IMG/VR virus record: IMGVR_UViG_2772190672_000001
Location: 32,001-96,000 of that record
Source: a virus
Taxonomy: Duplodnaviria > Caudoviricetes
DNA: 64,000 bases
Reading direction: 5' to 3' (one strand)
Shown here: positions 19,323-28,962 of the stretch, piece after piece
Layout of the letters: the number at the start of each line of letters is the position of its first letter
Position numbering within the stretch: the first letter of the stretch is position 1
Position numbers and translations under genes: made by a program
Notes under the pieces: generated by a model
What the model was told of the DNA's origin: nothing
Databases searched by the model: none
What the model saw: only the letters and a program-made list of their open reading frames with translations

Positions 19323-19399
19323 TGGACCGCGAGGGAGGACTCGAACCTCCAACCTTCACCTTCGAGAGGTGATGCTCCATCCAATCGAGCTGCTCGCGG
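19323..19399 (-). tRNA. Atypical tRNA, anticodon TCG (Arg) by geometry, encoded CCA
   Basis: Cloverleaf CCGCGAG/CTCGCGG acceptor, GCTC/GAGC D-stem, TCACC/GGTGA anticodon stem with loop TCTCGAA, GGAGG-TTCGAGT-CCTCC T-arm, T-CCA end. Confidence 0.8.
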
Positions 19400-19531
19400 A
19401 CAGTGGGGGGATGGTAGCAGTTCAACCGGTCTGCCGGGTATGCCCTCTTGGCGGCCTCTGGGCGGCGGTGTGACCGAGGGCCGGGGGAAGGTGATGCTCC
19501 CCCGACCCTCGGTCGGTGCGGTGCCCCGCGG

Positions 19532-20044
19532 TCAGAACAGGGTCTGTGGTGGCGTGGCCGTCGGCTTCGGGGCCGTCGGCCGGCGCGTTCCGCCCGGGTT
19601 GGGGAGTTCGAGGACCTCCCAGCCGTAGCGCTGCTGGAACCACTCGGCCGCCCACTGCCGATGGCAGGCTTCCCCGGCGTTGACGTTCTCGAAGCACATC
19701 AGGACGCCGGGCAGGTTCGGGTACGACTGGGCGACCTCGTCCAGCGCGGCCAGGATTTCGGCCTCGTGGCGTACGAGCCGCTGCCGGTACACCCGGCGCT
19801 CGATGGGGATGTTGTCGATGCCCTTGAGGGGCGGTTTCATCAGCTCCCACGGGGCTAGGGCCTTGATCTGGATGAAGTTGTAGCGGACGAAGCGGGGCCG
19901 TCCCACGGTGATCCCGATAGGGATTCCGGCGTCTTCCTGCCAGTTCTGGTAACGGCTGGTCACCAGCTCCAGCGGCTGGGCGACTTGGATGCGTTCCACG
20001 TCCGGTTCGGGCCCGTCGAGGCCGAGGCTCTTGAGGTCGATCAC
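19532..20044 (-). CDS. DUF488-like protein
   Basis: VLMCFE...CHR motif; GAAAGG RBS + GTG. Confidence 0.6.
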   Translation of the reverse strand: MIDLKSLGLDGPEPDVERIQVAQPLELVTSRYQNWQEDAGIPIGITVGRPRFVRYNFIQIKALAPWELMKPPLKGIDNIPIERRVYRQRLVRHEAEILAALDEVAQSYPNLPGVLMCFENVNAGEACHRQWAAEWFQQRYGWEVLELPNPGGTRRPTAPKPTATPPQTLF

Positions 20045-20084
20045 TGGTCTTGCCTTTCTGTGGTGGTGTGTCCTGCTTTCATTC

Positions 20085-20133
20085 TTGACCAACCGGCCGG
20101 GTTTACCCTCGTGTCCCGACTGGCTTGGCCCAG
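20085..20133. repeat. 49-bp palindromic element core, copy A (right arm degenerate)
   Basis: TTGACC at 20085, CTC at offset +23. Confidence 0.7.
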
Positions 20134-20169
20134 GGGCCCCGACTGGTGCGGGGCCCTTGCGCCACTACG

Positions 20170-21333
20170 TCAGGAGGCGCTGGTCTTGGGGGTGTTGGTG
20201 GCCTCCGCCTCGGGGGCGACCCGGAGCGCTCCCGCCAGGACGGTGGCCGCGGTGGCGGCCTTGGCCAGGTTCTGGGCGGCCTTCGTGGCGACCTGCCGCA
20301 GGTGGTCGATCCGCATCTTGTTGCCGGGGATGCCACCGTGCGCCCCGGAGAGGAGGAGCGCCAGCGTGTCGGGATCCAGGTCGGCGATCTCCTGGAGGAT
20401 CTTGCCCGCGTCCTCCAGCCTGCCGATCTTGCCGACGAGCTTCTTGCGGTCGGCCACGATCTGCTCGCGCTTGTCGACGTCCACGGCCAGCTCGGGGAAC
20501 ATGCTGTCGTCGACCTTGTCGGCGCCGGGGGCGTCCTCGGCCAGGACGAACATGACGCTCTGGCTGGCCGCTTCCTGCTCCTCGTTGCGGACCCTCGTGC
20601 AGAACATCTCGGCCTCGCGGGGGCTGTTGAACTGGCCGCGGGTCCAGCGGGCGATGAACGCGTTCTGGTTGGCCGGGCTGATCTGCGAGGCGTACCAGGC
20701 CAGGCCGACCGGCAGGTGGCCCTTGAGCAGCGCCTCCTGCACGGCGGGCACGAGCTTGAGGAGGGAGAGTCGCAGGTCCACGTAGTTCCAGCTCTTGCCG
20801 ACCCGCTTGGCGACCGCTTCGGGGGTCAGCCCGAAGTCCATCAGCTTCTTGAAGGCCCGCGCCTCCTCCAGCGGGGTCATGTTCTCGCGGCTGAGGTTCT
20901 CCGCCACCGACCGCTCGAAGCCCTCCAGCGTCTCCGAGCCGCCCTCCAGGCCGTGGGTCACCATCGCCGGGATGTCGGCCTTGCCTGCGATCTGGGAGGC
21001 CCTCCACCGGCGCTCGCCCGCGATCAGCATGTACCGCTTGGTGCCCCGGATGTAGCGGAGGCTGACCGCCTGCTGGACGCCGATCTCCTTGATGCTGGCG
21101 GCCAGCTCCTCCAGCTTCTCCTGGTCGAAGACTTCGCGAGGCTGGTTCGGGTCGCGGTCGATCCGGTCGAGCGGGACCGTCTTGAACGCCGTCTTGACCG
21201 CGGCCGGCGCCGCCGGGGCCGGGGCCGCCGCCTTCTTGGTCGGGGCCTTGCGGGTGGTCGGCTTCTTCGCCGCGTCCTTATTGGCGGGGGCCTTCGCGGT
21301 GGCCTTCTTGATGGTGGCGGTGGTGGCGGTCAT
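20170..21333 (-). CDS. ParB/RepB/Spo0J family protein with Lys/Ala-rich N-terminus
   Basis: NQPREVF, LIAGERRWRA, ENLSRENMTPLEEA, HTH. Confidence 0.9.
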   Translation of the reverse strand: MTATTATIKKATAKAPANKDAAKKPTTRKAPTKKAAAPAPAAPAAVKTAFKTVPLDRIDRDPNQPREVFDQEKLEELAASIKEIGVQQAVSLRYIRGTKRYMLIAGERRWRASQIAGKADIPAMVTHGLEGGSETLEGFERSVAENLSRENMTPLEEARAFKKLMDFGLTPEAVAKRVGKSWNYVDLRLSLLKLVPAVQEALLKGHLPVGLAWYASQISPANQNAFIARWTRGQFNSPREAEMFCTRVRNEEQEAASQSVMFVLAEDAPGADKVDDSMFPELAVDVDKREQIVADRKKLVGKIGRLEDAGKILQEIADLDPDTLALLLSGAHGGIPGNKMRIDHLRQVATKAAQNLAKAATAATVLAGALRVAPEAEATNTPKTSAS

Positions 21334-21380
21334 GGCGCCCTCCGTGGTGAGTGGATGGGTGGTGTGTCGCGCAGTCATCA

Positions 21381-21429
21381 TTGACCAAAGCTCTCGGGGT
21401 AACCTCGGTGTGCCAATGGATTTGGCCGT
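21381..21429. repeat. 49-bp element core, copy B
   Basis: TTGACC...GGGGTAAC-CTC...TTTGGCCGT. Confidence 0.8.
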
Positions 21430-21501
21430 ACAGTTGGCAAGCGTGCCCAGGTCAGAGCCCTGCCGGAGGCCCACGCCGAGAGGGCGCGGGCCGGGTGTTC
21501 G

Positions 21502-21816
21502 CTAGATGAAGGGGGCCAGCGCCAGGGCCCCGCGGGTGATGACGTCGTCGCCGCCACCCCGGAGGAGGGCGCGGGTGGCAGCCATCAGGTCGCGGCGGGC
21601 CTGCTCGCGGTGCTGGATGACCCTCTGGCGGAGCGTCTCACCGGAGGCGATCAGCTTCTCGTGGTCCAGCTCGCCCTTGCGGACGCTCCGGCGGATCTCG
21701 ATCGCCCATTCCACCTGCTCGGTGCGGAGCAGTCGCTTCACGAGGTCGAGTGCGTCACCCGCGTCGCCCGCGCCGGCGATCAGCTCGATTTCCTCGGTGA
21801 GGGCCGTGATGTCCAT
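21502..21816 (-). CDS. Hypothetical helical protein
   Basis: GGGAG RBS + ATG just downstream of element C. Confidence 0.7.
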   Translation of the reverse strand: MDITALTEEIELIAGAGDAGDALDLVKRLLRTEQVEWAIEIRRSVRKGELDHEKLIASGETLRQRVIQHREQARRDLMAATRALLRGGGDDVITRGALALAPFI

Positions 21817-21860
21817 CGCTCGCTCCCTGGGGGGGTTGGTGGTATGTCGTGCATTCATCC

Positions 21861-21909
21861 TTCCGCCAGCCCACCTGGCCAACCTCGTTGTCCCGGTGGA
21901 TTTGGTCAA
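21861..21909. repeat. 49-bp element core, copy C (left arm TTCCGC)
   Basis: AAC-CTC-GTT centre, GATTTGGTCAA. Confidence 0.85.
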
Positions 21910-21916
21910 AGGATCG

Positions 21917-22261
21917 TCAGGAAACCCGCAGGTCAGCCGGTGGGCGACGGTTGACGTGCACGTGGAGGGTGCCGGGCTCCAGGACGGGTGACGGGTCCCC
22001 GTCGGCCCGCACCAGCTCGGGCCGCAGCTGCTCCAGCCAGGGCCACAGGATGCCGGGGGCGAACGTGACCGCCAGGTGGGTGGCGCCGCCGAGCCGGGCC
22101 GACAGGTCCGCGGCGGTCGTCCTGCGGCGGGGCTCGCGGCGGGGCCTCGCCGTCTGCTGGCGGCCCAGCTCGCCGACCGGCGCGGGCACGAACCGGGGGG
22201 CCAGCGGGGAGACGGGCGCGGCACCGAAGAGGGCGATCTGTCCGGCCGGGGTCTCAGGCAT
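21917..22261 (-). CDS. Hypothetical protein
   Basis: Overlaps upstream gene end; high GC3. Confidence 0.55.
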   Translation of the reverse strand: MPETPAGQIALFGAAPVSPLAPRFVPAPVGELGRQQTARPRREPRRRTTAADLSARLGGATHLAVTFAPGILWPWLEQLRPELVRADGDPSPVLEPGTLHVHVNRRPPADLRVS

Positions 22262-22985
22262 CGGCGGGCTCCAGCGTGGCGAACAGCTCGGCCTGTACCG
22301 GCTCGGGCGCCGCCGCTGCGGCGGGCCGGGCATGGACCAGGTGCTCGGCGACCGTCCAGTCCACCCACTCCCATCCCGGGAGCAGTGGGCGGCCGTCCCG
22401 GGCGGGGCCGCACAGCGTCGTCATCCCGGCCGCGCGGGCGGCCTGGCGGGCAGCGGTTCCTTCGAGGATGAGGTGATCGGCCAGCACCTGGTGCACGGTG
22501 CCGTCGCAGTGCAGCCAGACCTCGCACTTCGGGGTGCCGAGGGCGGTCACCATGGCGAAGCGGTGGATGTCGCCCCAGCCGGGGTGTAGGCCACCTGGTT
22601 TCACCCAGACCCACGTGCCGGGTGCGATGTCGCCGGGTCCGGCCGGTGTGTACTGGTAGGGCGGCTCCTGCCGACGGCGCCGACTGGGCTTGGGCGGGTA
22701 GAAGTGGCTCGGCGGGTAGCTGGCGGGGCGGGCTGCGCTCAGTTCGGCGGCTTGGGCCATGACAACGTCGGCGGCGGTGTAGCAGCTGGGGCCGACGTGC
22801 CAGTTCCGGGGGCCGCGTTTCTCCCACCAGGTGGGGGCGCCGCACTGGCAGCGGCCTTCGGTGAGGTGCTCGGCGGCGGTCGCGCAGGGCCAGGCGGTGC
22901 CACAGGACCGGCAAGTGGGCCCGTCGTCCAGGCCGCGGGGAAGGTGGGCGTCGGGGAGGCGGATGATGAGCGGCTTCCAGTCCAT
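22254..22985 (-). CDS. Hypothetical Cys/His-rich protein
   Basis: C..CG..WPC motif; AAAGGG RBS. Confidence 0.65.
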   Translation of the reverse strand: MDWKPLIIRLPDAHLPRGLDDGPTCRSCGTAWPCATAAEHLTEGRCQCGAPTWWEKRGPRNWHVGPSCYTAADVVMAQAAELSAARPASYPPSHFYPPKPSRRRRQEPPYQYTPAGPGDIAPGTWVWVKPGGLHPGWGDIHRFAMVTALGTPKCEVWLHCDGTVHQVLADHLILEGTAARQAARAAGMTTLCGPARDGRPLLPGWEWVDWTVAEHLVHARPAAAAAPEPVQAELFATLEPADA

Positions 22986-23067
22986 CGGTGCGCCCTTTCT
23001 TGGGTGTCGGGTGGAGGATGAGAGCGGGCCGGGGAGCGCTGCCTGCTCCCCGGCCCGCCGGCGGCTG

Positions 23068-24294
23068 CTACTTGGCCAGGACGTGGACGTTGCTGCTGGC
23101 CGTCTTGGGGCCGGTGCAGATGTACTCGCCCCACTCGTCGTGCAGCCGGTTGCCGGTGCCGTCCCAGATCAGCGGCTTCTCGCACTGGGCGCACGGGCCG
23201 GCGTCCTCCCCCGGCGTCCCGTGCGGCCGGGCCTCGTCTGCGGGGGTGGTGGTGTCGGCGTGCATCTCCTCGAGGAAGTCGACCGCTGCCGCGAGGTTGT
23301 TCGCGCCGACCACGGTGACGTCCTCGTTCTGGCTGGCCTCGTCGAAGTCGTCGGCGGCCACGATGAACTTCCGGTATCCGGCGGTCTGGGCGGTGCGGAT
23401 GAGGGCGGTGACGTCCTCCACGTAGCGGACCCGGCCGTCGAGCCCCAGCTCGCCGATCAGGACCACCCCGTTCAGTGCGGCCGGGTCGAAGGCGCCCGCG
23501 GCGGCGAGTGCGGTGCAGGCGAACGCCAGGTCGGAGGCGGAGCCGAAGCGCAGCGCCGGCCACTCGGCTGCGATGTCCATCGCGCCGGGCTCCCATCCCA
23601 GGTCGCTGTTGACGATGGCCGCGCGGATGCGATCGCGGGTCTCGCGGGCCTGGTCGCGGGTTTCGCGGACGAAGGGGGAGGCCGGGTTGTCGGTGATCTG
23701 GATGGCCGCGGTGGCGCCCCGGTGGTACTCGGCGCGGATCGAGGCCATGCCCCTGGGGGTGGGGAACGAGGTGGCCGCGGTGCGCCTGCCGGTGACGTCG
23801 ACCGTGGGCAGGGTCACCGACCGGTACGGCTCGCCTTCGGCTGCGACCTCCCAGCCGGCCGCGAGGAGGCCGCCGAAGGGGAACGCCTCCGCGAGCAGGT
23901 GGTCGATGTCGTCGGCGTAGCTGTCGGTGAGGGGGCTGGTCGAGAGGTACCTGTCGTCGGTGTGGAAGAGGGTCTTGCCGTTGCCGTCGCGGACCTCGTG
24001 CAGCTCGCATGCTTCGGTGTCTGCGGTGATCGTGGTCGCGTCGGGCAGGGCCTCGCGGATGAGGCGGGCGACGTATTCGAGGGTCCTGCGGTGGAGGACG
24101 GTGCGGGCGCGCGCGGCGTTGTCCAGCGCGTTGTTGGCGGCGTGGGAGAGGGCGGCGGTCGTGGAGTCGGTCCGGGTGGTGTGGGCCGAGTGGTCGGTGG
24201 CCAGGACCGGTGGACGGGCGGGGATGCCGGTGATCGACTCGCTCGGCGTGTAGCTCGGCGGCTGGCGGTCGGTCATGCGGGGCTCGTAGCTCAT
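23068..24294 (-). CDS. Protein with ChlI/ComM N-terminal (Lon C-terminal-like S5 fold) domain, no AAA ATPase
   Basis: ETRDRIRAAIVNS, DLAFA, LIGELGLDGRVR. Confidence 0.75.
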   Translation of the reverse strand: MSYEPRMTDRQPPSYTPSESITGIPARPPVLATDHSAHTTRTDSTTAALSHAANNALDNAARARTVLHRRTLEYVARLIREALPDATTITADTEACELHEVRDGNGKTLFHTDDRYLSTSPLTDSYADDIDHLLAEAFPFGGLLAAGWEVAAEGEPYRSVTLPTVDVTGRRTAATSFPTPRGMASIRAEYHRGATAAIQITDNPASPFVRETRDQARETRDRIRAAIVNSDLGWEPGAMDIAAEWPALRFGSASDLAFACTALAAAGAFDPAALNGVVLIGELGLDGRVRYVEDVTALIRTAQTAGYRKFIVAADDFDEASQNEDVTVVGANNLAAAVDFLEEMHADTTTPADEARPHGTPGEDAGPCAQCEKPLIWDGTGNRLHDEWGEYICTGPKTASSNVHVLAK

Positions 24295-24416
24295 GGTCGA
24301 TTCCCTCGGTGGGTTGTGGAGTGCCGGGGTGGCGGCTCCGGGGCGGGCGGCGCGCACCGGGCCGAGGCCCGTCGCGCTGCCCGCTCCGGGGGCGGCCGGC
24401 TGGCCGCCCGGCCGGG

Positions 24417-24635
24417 TCAGAAGCCGAACTCGCAGTACTCGCAGAACGCCGTCCGCACCTCCCCCTTGTTGTTGGTGAGCGCCACCAGCTCCGACCTGCA
24501 GTCCTCGCACTCGCCGAGGCCCGTTGCCGGGATGGGGGTGGTGACCGGCTTTGCGGGGGTGAGGACGGGCGCGGGGCTGGCGTTGACCGTCGCGGTGACC
24601 GAGCCGGTGCTGTTGCTGATGAGGAGGATCGCCAT
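24417..24635 (-). CDS. Small zinc-ribbon protein
   Basis: CEDC...CEYC; first gene after element D. Confidence 0.7.
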   Translation of the reverse strand: MAILLISNSTGSVTATVNASPAPVLTPAKPVTTPIPATGLGECEDCRSELVALTNNKGEVRTAFCEYCEFGF

Positions 24636-24678
24636 CGTGTGCTCCCTGGAGGTGAGGTGGTGTGTCGCACTTCATTCA

Positions 24679-24727
24679 TTGACCAAACCTCCCGGTTTAC
24701 TCTCCCTGCACCGGTGGGTTTGGTCAA
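24679..24727. repeat. 49-bp element core, copy D
   Basis: TTGACCAAACC...GGTTTGGTCAA. Confidence 0.9.
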
Positions 24728-24750
24728 AGAAGCGGCAGGAAAGCCGCTGG

Positions 24751-25551
24751 TCAGGCCCGGCCCGCCAGCTCCGCCAGGGCCCGGAGGGCGGTAACCGCCG
24801 CAGCGAGGTCTCGGACGGCGATCACGTTGAGATCGAGGCCGAGGGCGCGGACGTCGTGAGCCTGACGGGCGGGGACGAGGACGGTGCGGTGGCCGTTGAT
24901 GTGCGCGGTGCGGGCCGCGTCGGTGACGCCGGGGAGACCGTTGATCGCCCCGTCGAAGCCGCGCAGCTCGCCGAGGAGCACGACCTGGCCGAGCACGCGG
25001 GAGTCGAGCTGGCCGCTGGCGGCGAGGACGGTGCAGGCTGTCGCGAGGTCGAGCGTGCTGGTCACGTTATGGTGGTCGTTGATCCGGACCGTCACCGCGC
25101 CGTCGGGGAAGGTGAAGCCGCTGCTGACGATCGCGCCGTGGATCCGCCCTTCCGGCGCGGTGTCGAAGGTGTGCCATCCGGTGATCCGGAAGCTGTCCGG
25201 GCCGGGCCAGACCGTGGCCTCGACCAGCACCATCCCGGTGCTGGCGGCGCCGTTGGTGTGGGCGGAGGTGGCGGCCAGGTTGCTGAGGTTGCTGGTCGGG
25301 GCGAGCGCGTAGTCGGGGTTGCCGGATGCCCGCCGCAGGCCGTCGATGAAGCTGTCGAGGGCCTCGGCCCCTGTGGCGCCCTGGATGATGTCCACCTGGC
25401 CGAGGGCGTCGCCCGCTTCGACGTCCAGCTCCTCGACCGCCCTGCGCCTGCGAATGAGGTCGGCCGGCGCGGGGGCGATGTCCCACAGGGTGTAGCTGGC
25501 GGCGTCCCTGCGGCCGACGATGATGAACTCGGGGGTGCGGGTGGTGATCAT
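24751..25551 (-). CDS. Second ChlI/ComM N-terminal-like domain protein
   Basis: RIHGAIVSSGF, LDLATA, LLGELRGFDG. Confidence 0.7.
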   Translation of the reverse strand: MITTRTPEFIIVGRRDAASYTLWDIAPAPADLIRRRRAVEELDVEAGDALGQVDIIQGATGAEALDSFIDGLRRASGNPDYALAPTSNLSNLAATSAHTNGAASTGMVLVEATVWPGPDSFRITGWHTFDTAPEGRIHGAIVSSGFTFPDGAVTVRINDHHNVTSTLDLATACTVLAASGQLDSRVLGQVVLLGELRGFDGAINGLPGVTDAARTAHINGHRTVLVPARQAHDVRALGLDLNVIAVRDLAAAVTALRALAELAGRA

Positions 25552-25658
25552 GGCTTTCTCCCTGGGGTGAGGTGGCGGTTCCGGGGCGGGCGGCGCGCAC
25601 CGGGCTCGGGGCCCGTCGCGCCGCCTGCGCCGGAGGCAGCCGCCCGGCCGCCCGGCCG

Positions 25659-25931
25659 TCAGGACTTGCGGCGGTTGATGGTGTGGAGGGTGACGCCCTC
25701 GGCGGCCAGGGCCCGGCAGATGTTGCCGCGCACCCACCCGCCCCAGCCGTCCGACTCGTACTCGGCGAGGAACTGGCGCCGCTTCGGGTGCGCCGCGTTC
25801 GGGCTGAACGTGGCAGCCAGCTCGTAGGCCAGGGTCCGGGTGTTCCACGGGCCCTCGAACAGCCCGTCGGAGATGTCGCTGTCCTCCAGGTCCCAGTACA
25901 GATGGAGGAGGGGGGTCCGGGTCTGGTCCAT
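25659..25931 (-). CDS. Small hypothetical protein
   Basis: GGAG RBS; first gene after element E. Confidence 0.7.
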   Translation of the reverse strand: MDQTRTPLLHLYWDLEDSDISDGLFEGPWNTRTLAYELAATFSPNAAHPKRRQFLAEYESDGWGGWVRGNICRALAAEGVTLHTINRRKS

Positions 25932-25979
25932 GTCTGGCGCTCCGTCCCTGATGGGTGGTGGTGTGTCCTGCCTTCATCT

Positions 25980-26028
25980 TTCCGCAAACAAGCCGGGATA
26001 ACCTCGCTATCCCGGCTGAATTGGTCAA
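25980..26028. repeat. 49-bp element core, copy E
   Basis: AGCCGGGATA-ACCTCGC-TATCCCGGCT inner stem, TTGGTCAA. Confidence 0.9.
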
Positions 26029-26050
26029 GGATTGTCAGGAAAGCCGCTGG

Positions 26051-27847
26051 TCAGGCGGCCAGGTCGTAGCGGTCGATCTCCTCGCCGGTGATGCACTCGG
26101 CGAGCATGCAGATCAGGACCTCCGAGACGTTCGGGGTGACCGCGTTGCCCAGCTGGCGCACCCGGTCGCGCTTCGAGCCCAGCACCACGTAGTCGTCGGC
26201 GAAGGCCATCGCGCGCTGGATCTCGTGCGGCTGGAGCATCCGGAACAGGACGTCTTCGATCTTGATGTCCCCCTGGACCAGGGCGAAGCGGTCACGGGTG
26301 GAGATCGCGCCGACGGGCTCGCTGACCGGGCGCGGGGTCCCGTTGCCGTAGTACGGGGCCAGGAAGGGTTCCCAGGTGACGAGGGACTGGTGGCCGGTGG
26401 TGGTGAGGGTCCGCATCGGCTCGGCCAGGTCGGTGCAGTGCTCGCCGCCGTCGCCGGTGGAGCCGTTGTTCCGCATCATCATGCCCGGCATCGGGACCGC
26501 GGCCAGGCCGTGGTGATTGCCGCTGGCGCAGACCGTCGCGAGCGGGTCGCTGATCGCGCGGACGTCGCTGCTGCCGCCCCGGATCTCGGTGATGAACGGC
26601 AGCCACGCGAGCCCGGCCTCGGCCCTGGCGGTCTGGGTCTGCATCGGCCCGTAGACCGTGCGGGCGTTCTTGCCTTCGCGGCCGTCGCACGGGACGAGCA
26701 GCGGCGGTACCGCCAGCGCGTCATTCTCGCGGGTGGTGCGGGTCGGCATCGGGTCGAGGAGGTCGGTGGCCGAGTCCCGCCAGGTGCCGCCGGTGGGCAC
26801 CATCAGCGGGCGGGCGAACTTGTCCAGCCCGGCCTGGATGCGCCGCATCGTCTTCTCGGCCAGCGGGGTCTTGCGGTCGCCGATCCGACCGCCCGCGATC
26901 GACCAGTCGATGGCCGCCGCCGCGGGGAGCGTCTCGGGTTCCACGATCTGGTGGCCACACTTCGTGTTCGGGCACCGGTAGTCGTACTGGCTCTTGTACC
27001 GGCCCATGTCGACGCCGGGCTTCCGGAAGACCTGCCGGGCCTTGACCATCTGGTCGCAGCCGGTGCAGAACGCTGAGGGGGCGAGCCACTTCTCGAAGTT
27101 CGGGGTGCGGCCGAGGCTCTGGTGCCAGTAGACCAGGTAGAGACGGTCGCGGGACTGCGGGGCGCGGTGCACCGAGCGCGGCTCGGCGTGCATCGAGTTC
27201 AGCGCGACCAGCCGGGTCCGGTAGCCCATCTTGTGGAACTCCGCGATCCAGCGGTCCCACTCGGCCCACTGCCGGACGTCGACCACGTTCTCGACCACGC
27301 CCGCCTTGACCAGGCCGCCGCGCTCGATTACGCCTCGCAGGTAGAGCGGGATCTCTTCCATCAGCGCCCGACTGGCCTCATCCTCCGCCGTCGGGCCGCT
27401 GTCCCTCTCGTCCTCCGTCTGGAACTTATCCGCCTCCAGGTCTGCGTACAGGTCGAGCAGGTCGCCCTGGACGGCCTTGGCGAAGTCCCGCTTTTTGCCC
27501 TGGGCAATGCTCCACCGAGTGCACTCGGGCGAGCCCCAGTGGATGTCGGTGATCGGCCAGGCCCAGACCGGGGCCTTGCGGATGTCGCCGATGTAGTGGG
27601 CGACGCCGGGGAAGTTCCGCTCGTGACTCTCGATCGCCCGCCGCCAGTGGTTCGCGGCCCGGGTCACCTTGACGTTCGGGACGGCGTCCGCGCCCTGGGT
27701 GGAGCCACCCGCCCCGCAGAACCAGTCCATGACCGACAGCTCGGTGCCGTCGTGCCTGTACGCCTTGGTTCGCCGGCGCAGGGCGTAGGTCTGGGCCGAG
27801 CTGGAGGCCGAGGCCATCGCGCGGGTGGTGGAGGAGATGTAGGGCAT
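26051..27847 (-). CDS. DNA (cytosine-5) methyltransferase
   Basis: FCGAGG (I), GSPEC (IV), VENV (VI), QSRDR (VIII), LGNAV (X). Confidence 0.92.
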   Translation of the reverse strand: MPYISSTTRAMASASSSAQTYALRRRTKAYRHDGTELSVMDWFCGAGGSTQGADAVPNVKVTRAANHWRRAIESHERNFPGVAHYIGDIRKAPVWAWPITDIHWGSPECTRWSIAQGKKRDFAKAVQGDLLDLYADLEADKFQTEDERDSGPTAEDEASRALMEEIPLYLRGVIERGGLVKAGVVENVVDVRQWAEWDRWIAEFHKMGYRTRLVALNSMHAEPRSVHRAPQSRDRLYLVYWHQSLGRTPNFEKWLAPSAFCTGCDQMVKARQVFRKPGVDMGRYKSQYDYRCPNTKCGHQIVEPETLPAAAAIDWSIAGGRIGDRKTPLAEKTMRRIQAGLDKFARPLMVPTGGTWRDSATDLLDPMPTRTTRENDALAVPPLLVPCDGREGKNARTVYGPMQTQTARAEAGLAWLPFITEIRGGSSDVRAISDPLATVCASGNHHGLAAVPMPGMMMRNNGSTGDGGEHCTDLAEPMRTLTTTGHQSLVTWEPFLAPYYGNGTPRPVSEPVGAISTRDRFALVQGDIKIEDVLFRMLQPHEIQRAMAFADDYVVLGSKRDRVRQLGNAVTPNVSEVLICMLAECITGEEIDRYDLAA

Positions 27848-27891
27848 TCGGTCCGTCCCTTCCGGGTGGGTGGGTGTGTCGTCCTCTTTCA

Positions 27892-27940
27892 TTGACCCCA
27901 CCCCTCGGGATAACCTCGTTATCCCGATGGGTTTGGTCAA
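27892..27940. repeat. 49-bp element core, copy F
   Basis: TTGACCCCACCCCTCGGGATAAC-CTC-GTTATCCCGATGGGTTTGGTCAA (23-bp arms, 3 mismatches). Confidence 0.95.
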
Positions 27941-27963
27941 AGAATCGTCAGTGAAGCCGCGGG

Positions 27964-28848
27964 TCAGATGCCGTCCGGCCGGAACGGGATCAGGGGGAAA
28001 AGGTCCCGGTCGAGCGCGTACCAGCCCCACTCGTGGCCGCCGATGGCGTACCGGCCGTCGGCGTTGGGGTGGAGGACCTCGACCGCCTGCTCGCGCCGCT
28101 CGCCGGCGAGGTGCATCCAGCAGGTGACGATGACGACCGCGTGCCGGGTGCGGTTGACCCTGCCGCTCAGGACGTGAACGGTGTCGATCGAGCCGTGCCC
28201 GTACCTGGCGGCGTCTCGCTGGGTGTCGGCGGCGATCCGGCGGACGGTGCGGAGGTCGAGCCAGGGCCGCACGTAGCCGTCGCGCTGGTCAGCGGGGTCG
28301 ATGAGCGCCGGGTAGTGGTCGCGGTCGTTGGCACACACCAGGACTTCGACCATCGAGCCGGGGGCGGCTTCCGGGGCGGCCGGGCTGGGCGGGTCGAGGG
28401 TGAGGGAGGCGGCCCGCATGAGGTCGAGGGTGAAGGCGGGTCGGCCGTAGCGGTCGGGCAGTTCGTCGCACAGTGGGCGCCAGACACCTCGGGTGTTGTC
28501 GTCCAGGTATGCCGTCCAGCCACTGAGGTCGTGCAGGGCGTTCCCGGCCTCGGTCTGGCCGACGTCGTCGGTGAAGGTGCGCTCGGCGCCGGCCGTCGTC
28601 CAGTAGCGGCCGGTGGGAAACAGCGAGTCCTCGCCTGCGACCAGTTCGAGGCGGGCGGCATCGAAGGGGGCGCCGGGCTGGTGGCCGGTGAGGATGTCGC
28701 GGACGGCCGCGGCGGTGACGACGAGCATGACGCGGCCGAGCTGCTCGTGCGCGGTCTGGTTGTCGTTCAGGGCCTGGTCGACGGCTGCGCCGAGCGCGCT
28801 GCTGGCGGGCAGTTCGTAGGCGGGGCGAGAAGGGGGCTGGCGGTCCAT
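27964..28848 (-). CDS. Hypothetical protein, shares a domain with 29879-30982
   Basis: IDTVHV...PNADGRYAIGGHEWGW. Confidence 0.75.
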   Translation of the reverse strand: MDRQPPSRPAYELPASSALGAAVDQALNDNQTAHEQLGRVMLVVTAAAVRDILTGHQPGAPFDAARLELVAGEDSLFPTGRYWTTAGAERTFTDDVGQTEAGNALHDLSGWTAYLDDNTRGVWRPLCDELPDRYGRPAFTLDLMRAASLTLDPPSPAAPEAAPGSMVEVLVCANDRDHYPALIDPADQRDGYVRPWLDLRTVRRIAADTQRDAARYGHGSIDTVHVLSGRVNRTRHAVVIVTCWMHLAGERREQAVEVLHPNADGRYAIGGHEWGWYALDRDLFPLIPFRPDGI

Positions 28849-28891
28849 GCCGGGTCCGTTCTGTGTGTGGTGGGTGTTGCATCCTCGATCA

Positions 28892-28940
28892 TTGACCCCA
28901 CCATCCGGGGTAACCTCGTTACCCCGGCCGATTTGGTCAA
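28892..28940. repeat. 49-bp element core, copy G
   Basis: CCGGGGTAAC-CTC-GTTACCCCGG; TTGACC/GGTCAA ends. Confidence 0.95.
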
Positions 28941-28962
28941 AGAAGCGTCAGGAAGTCGCTGG

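Noticed and set aside
27892-28940. Exact 1000-bp spacing between copies F and G
   Set aside because: Other spacings are irregular; treated as coincidence.
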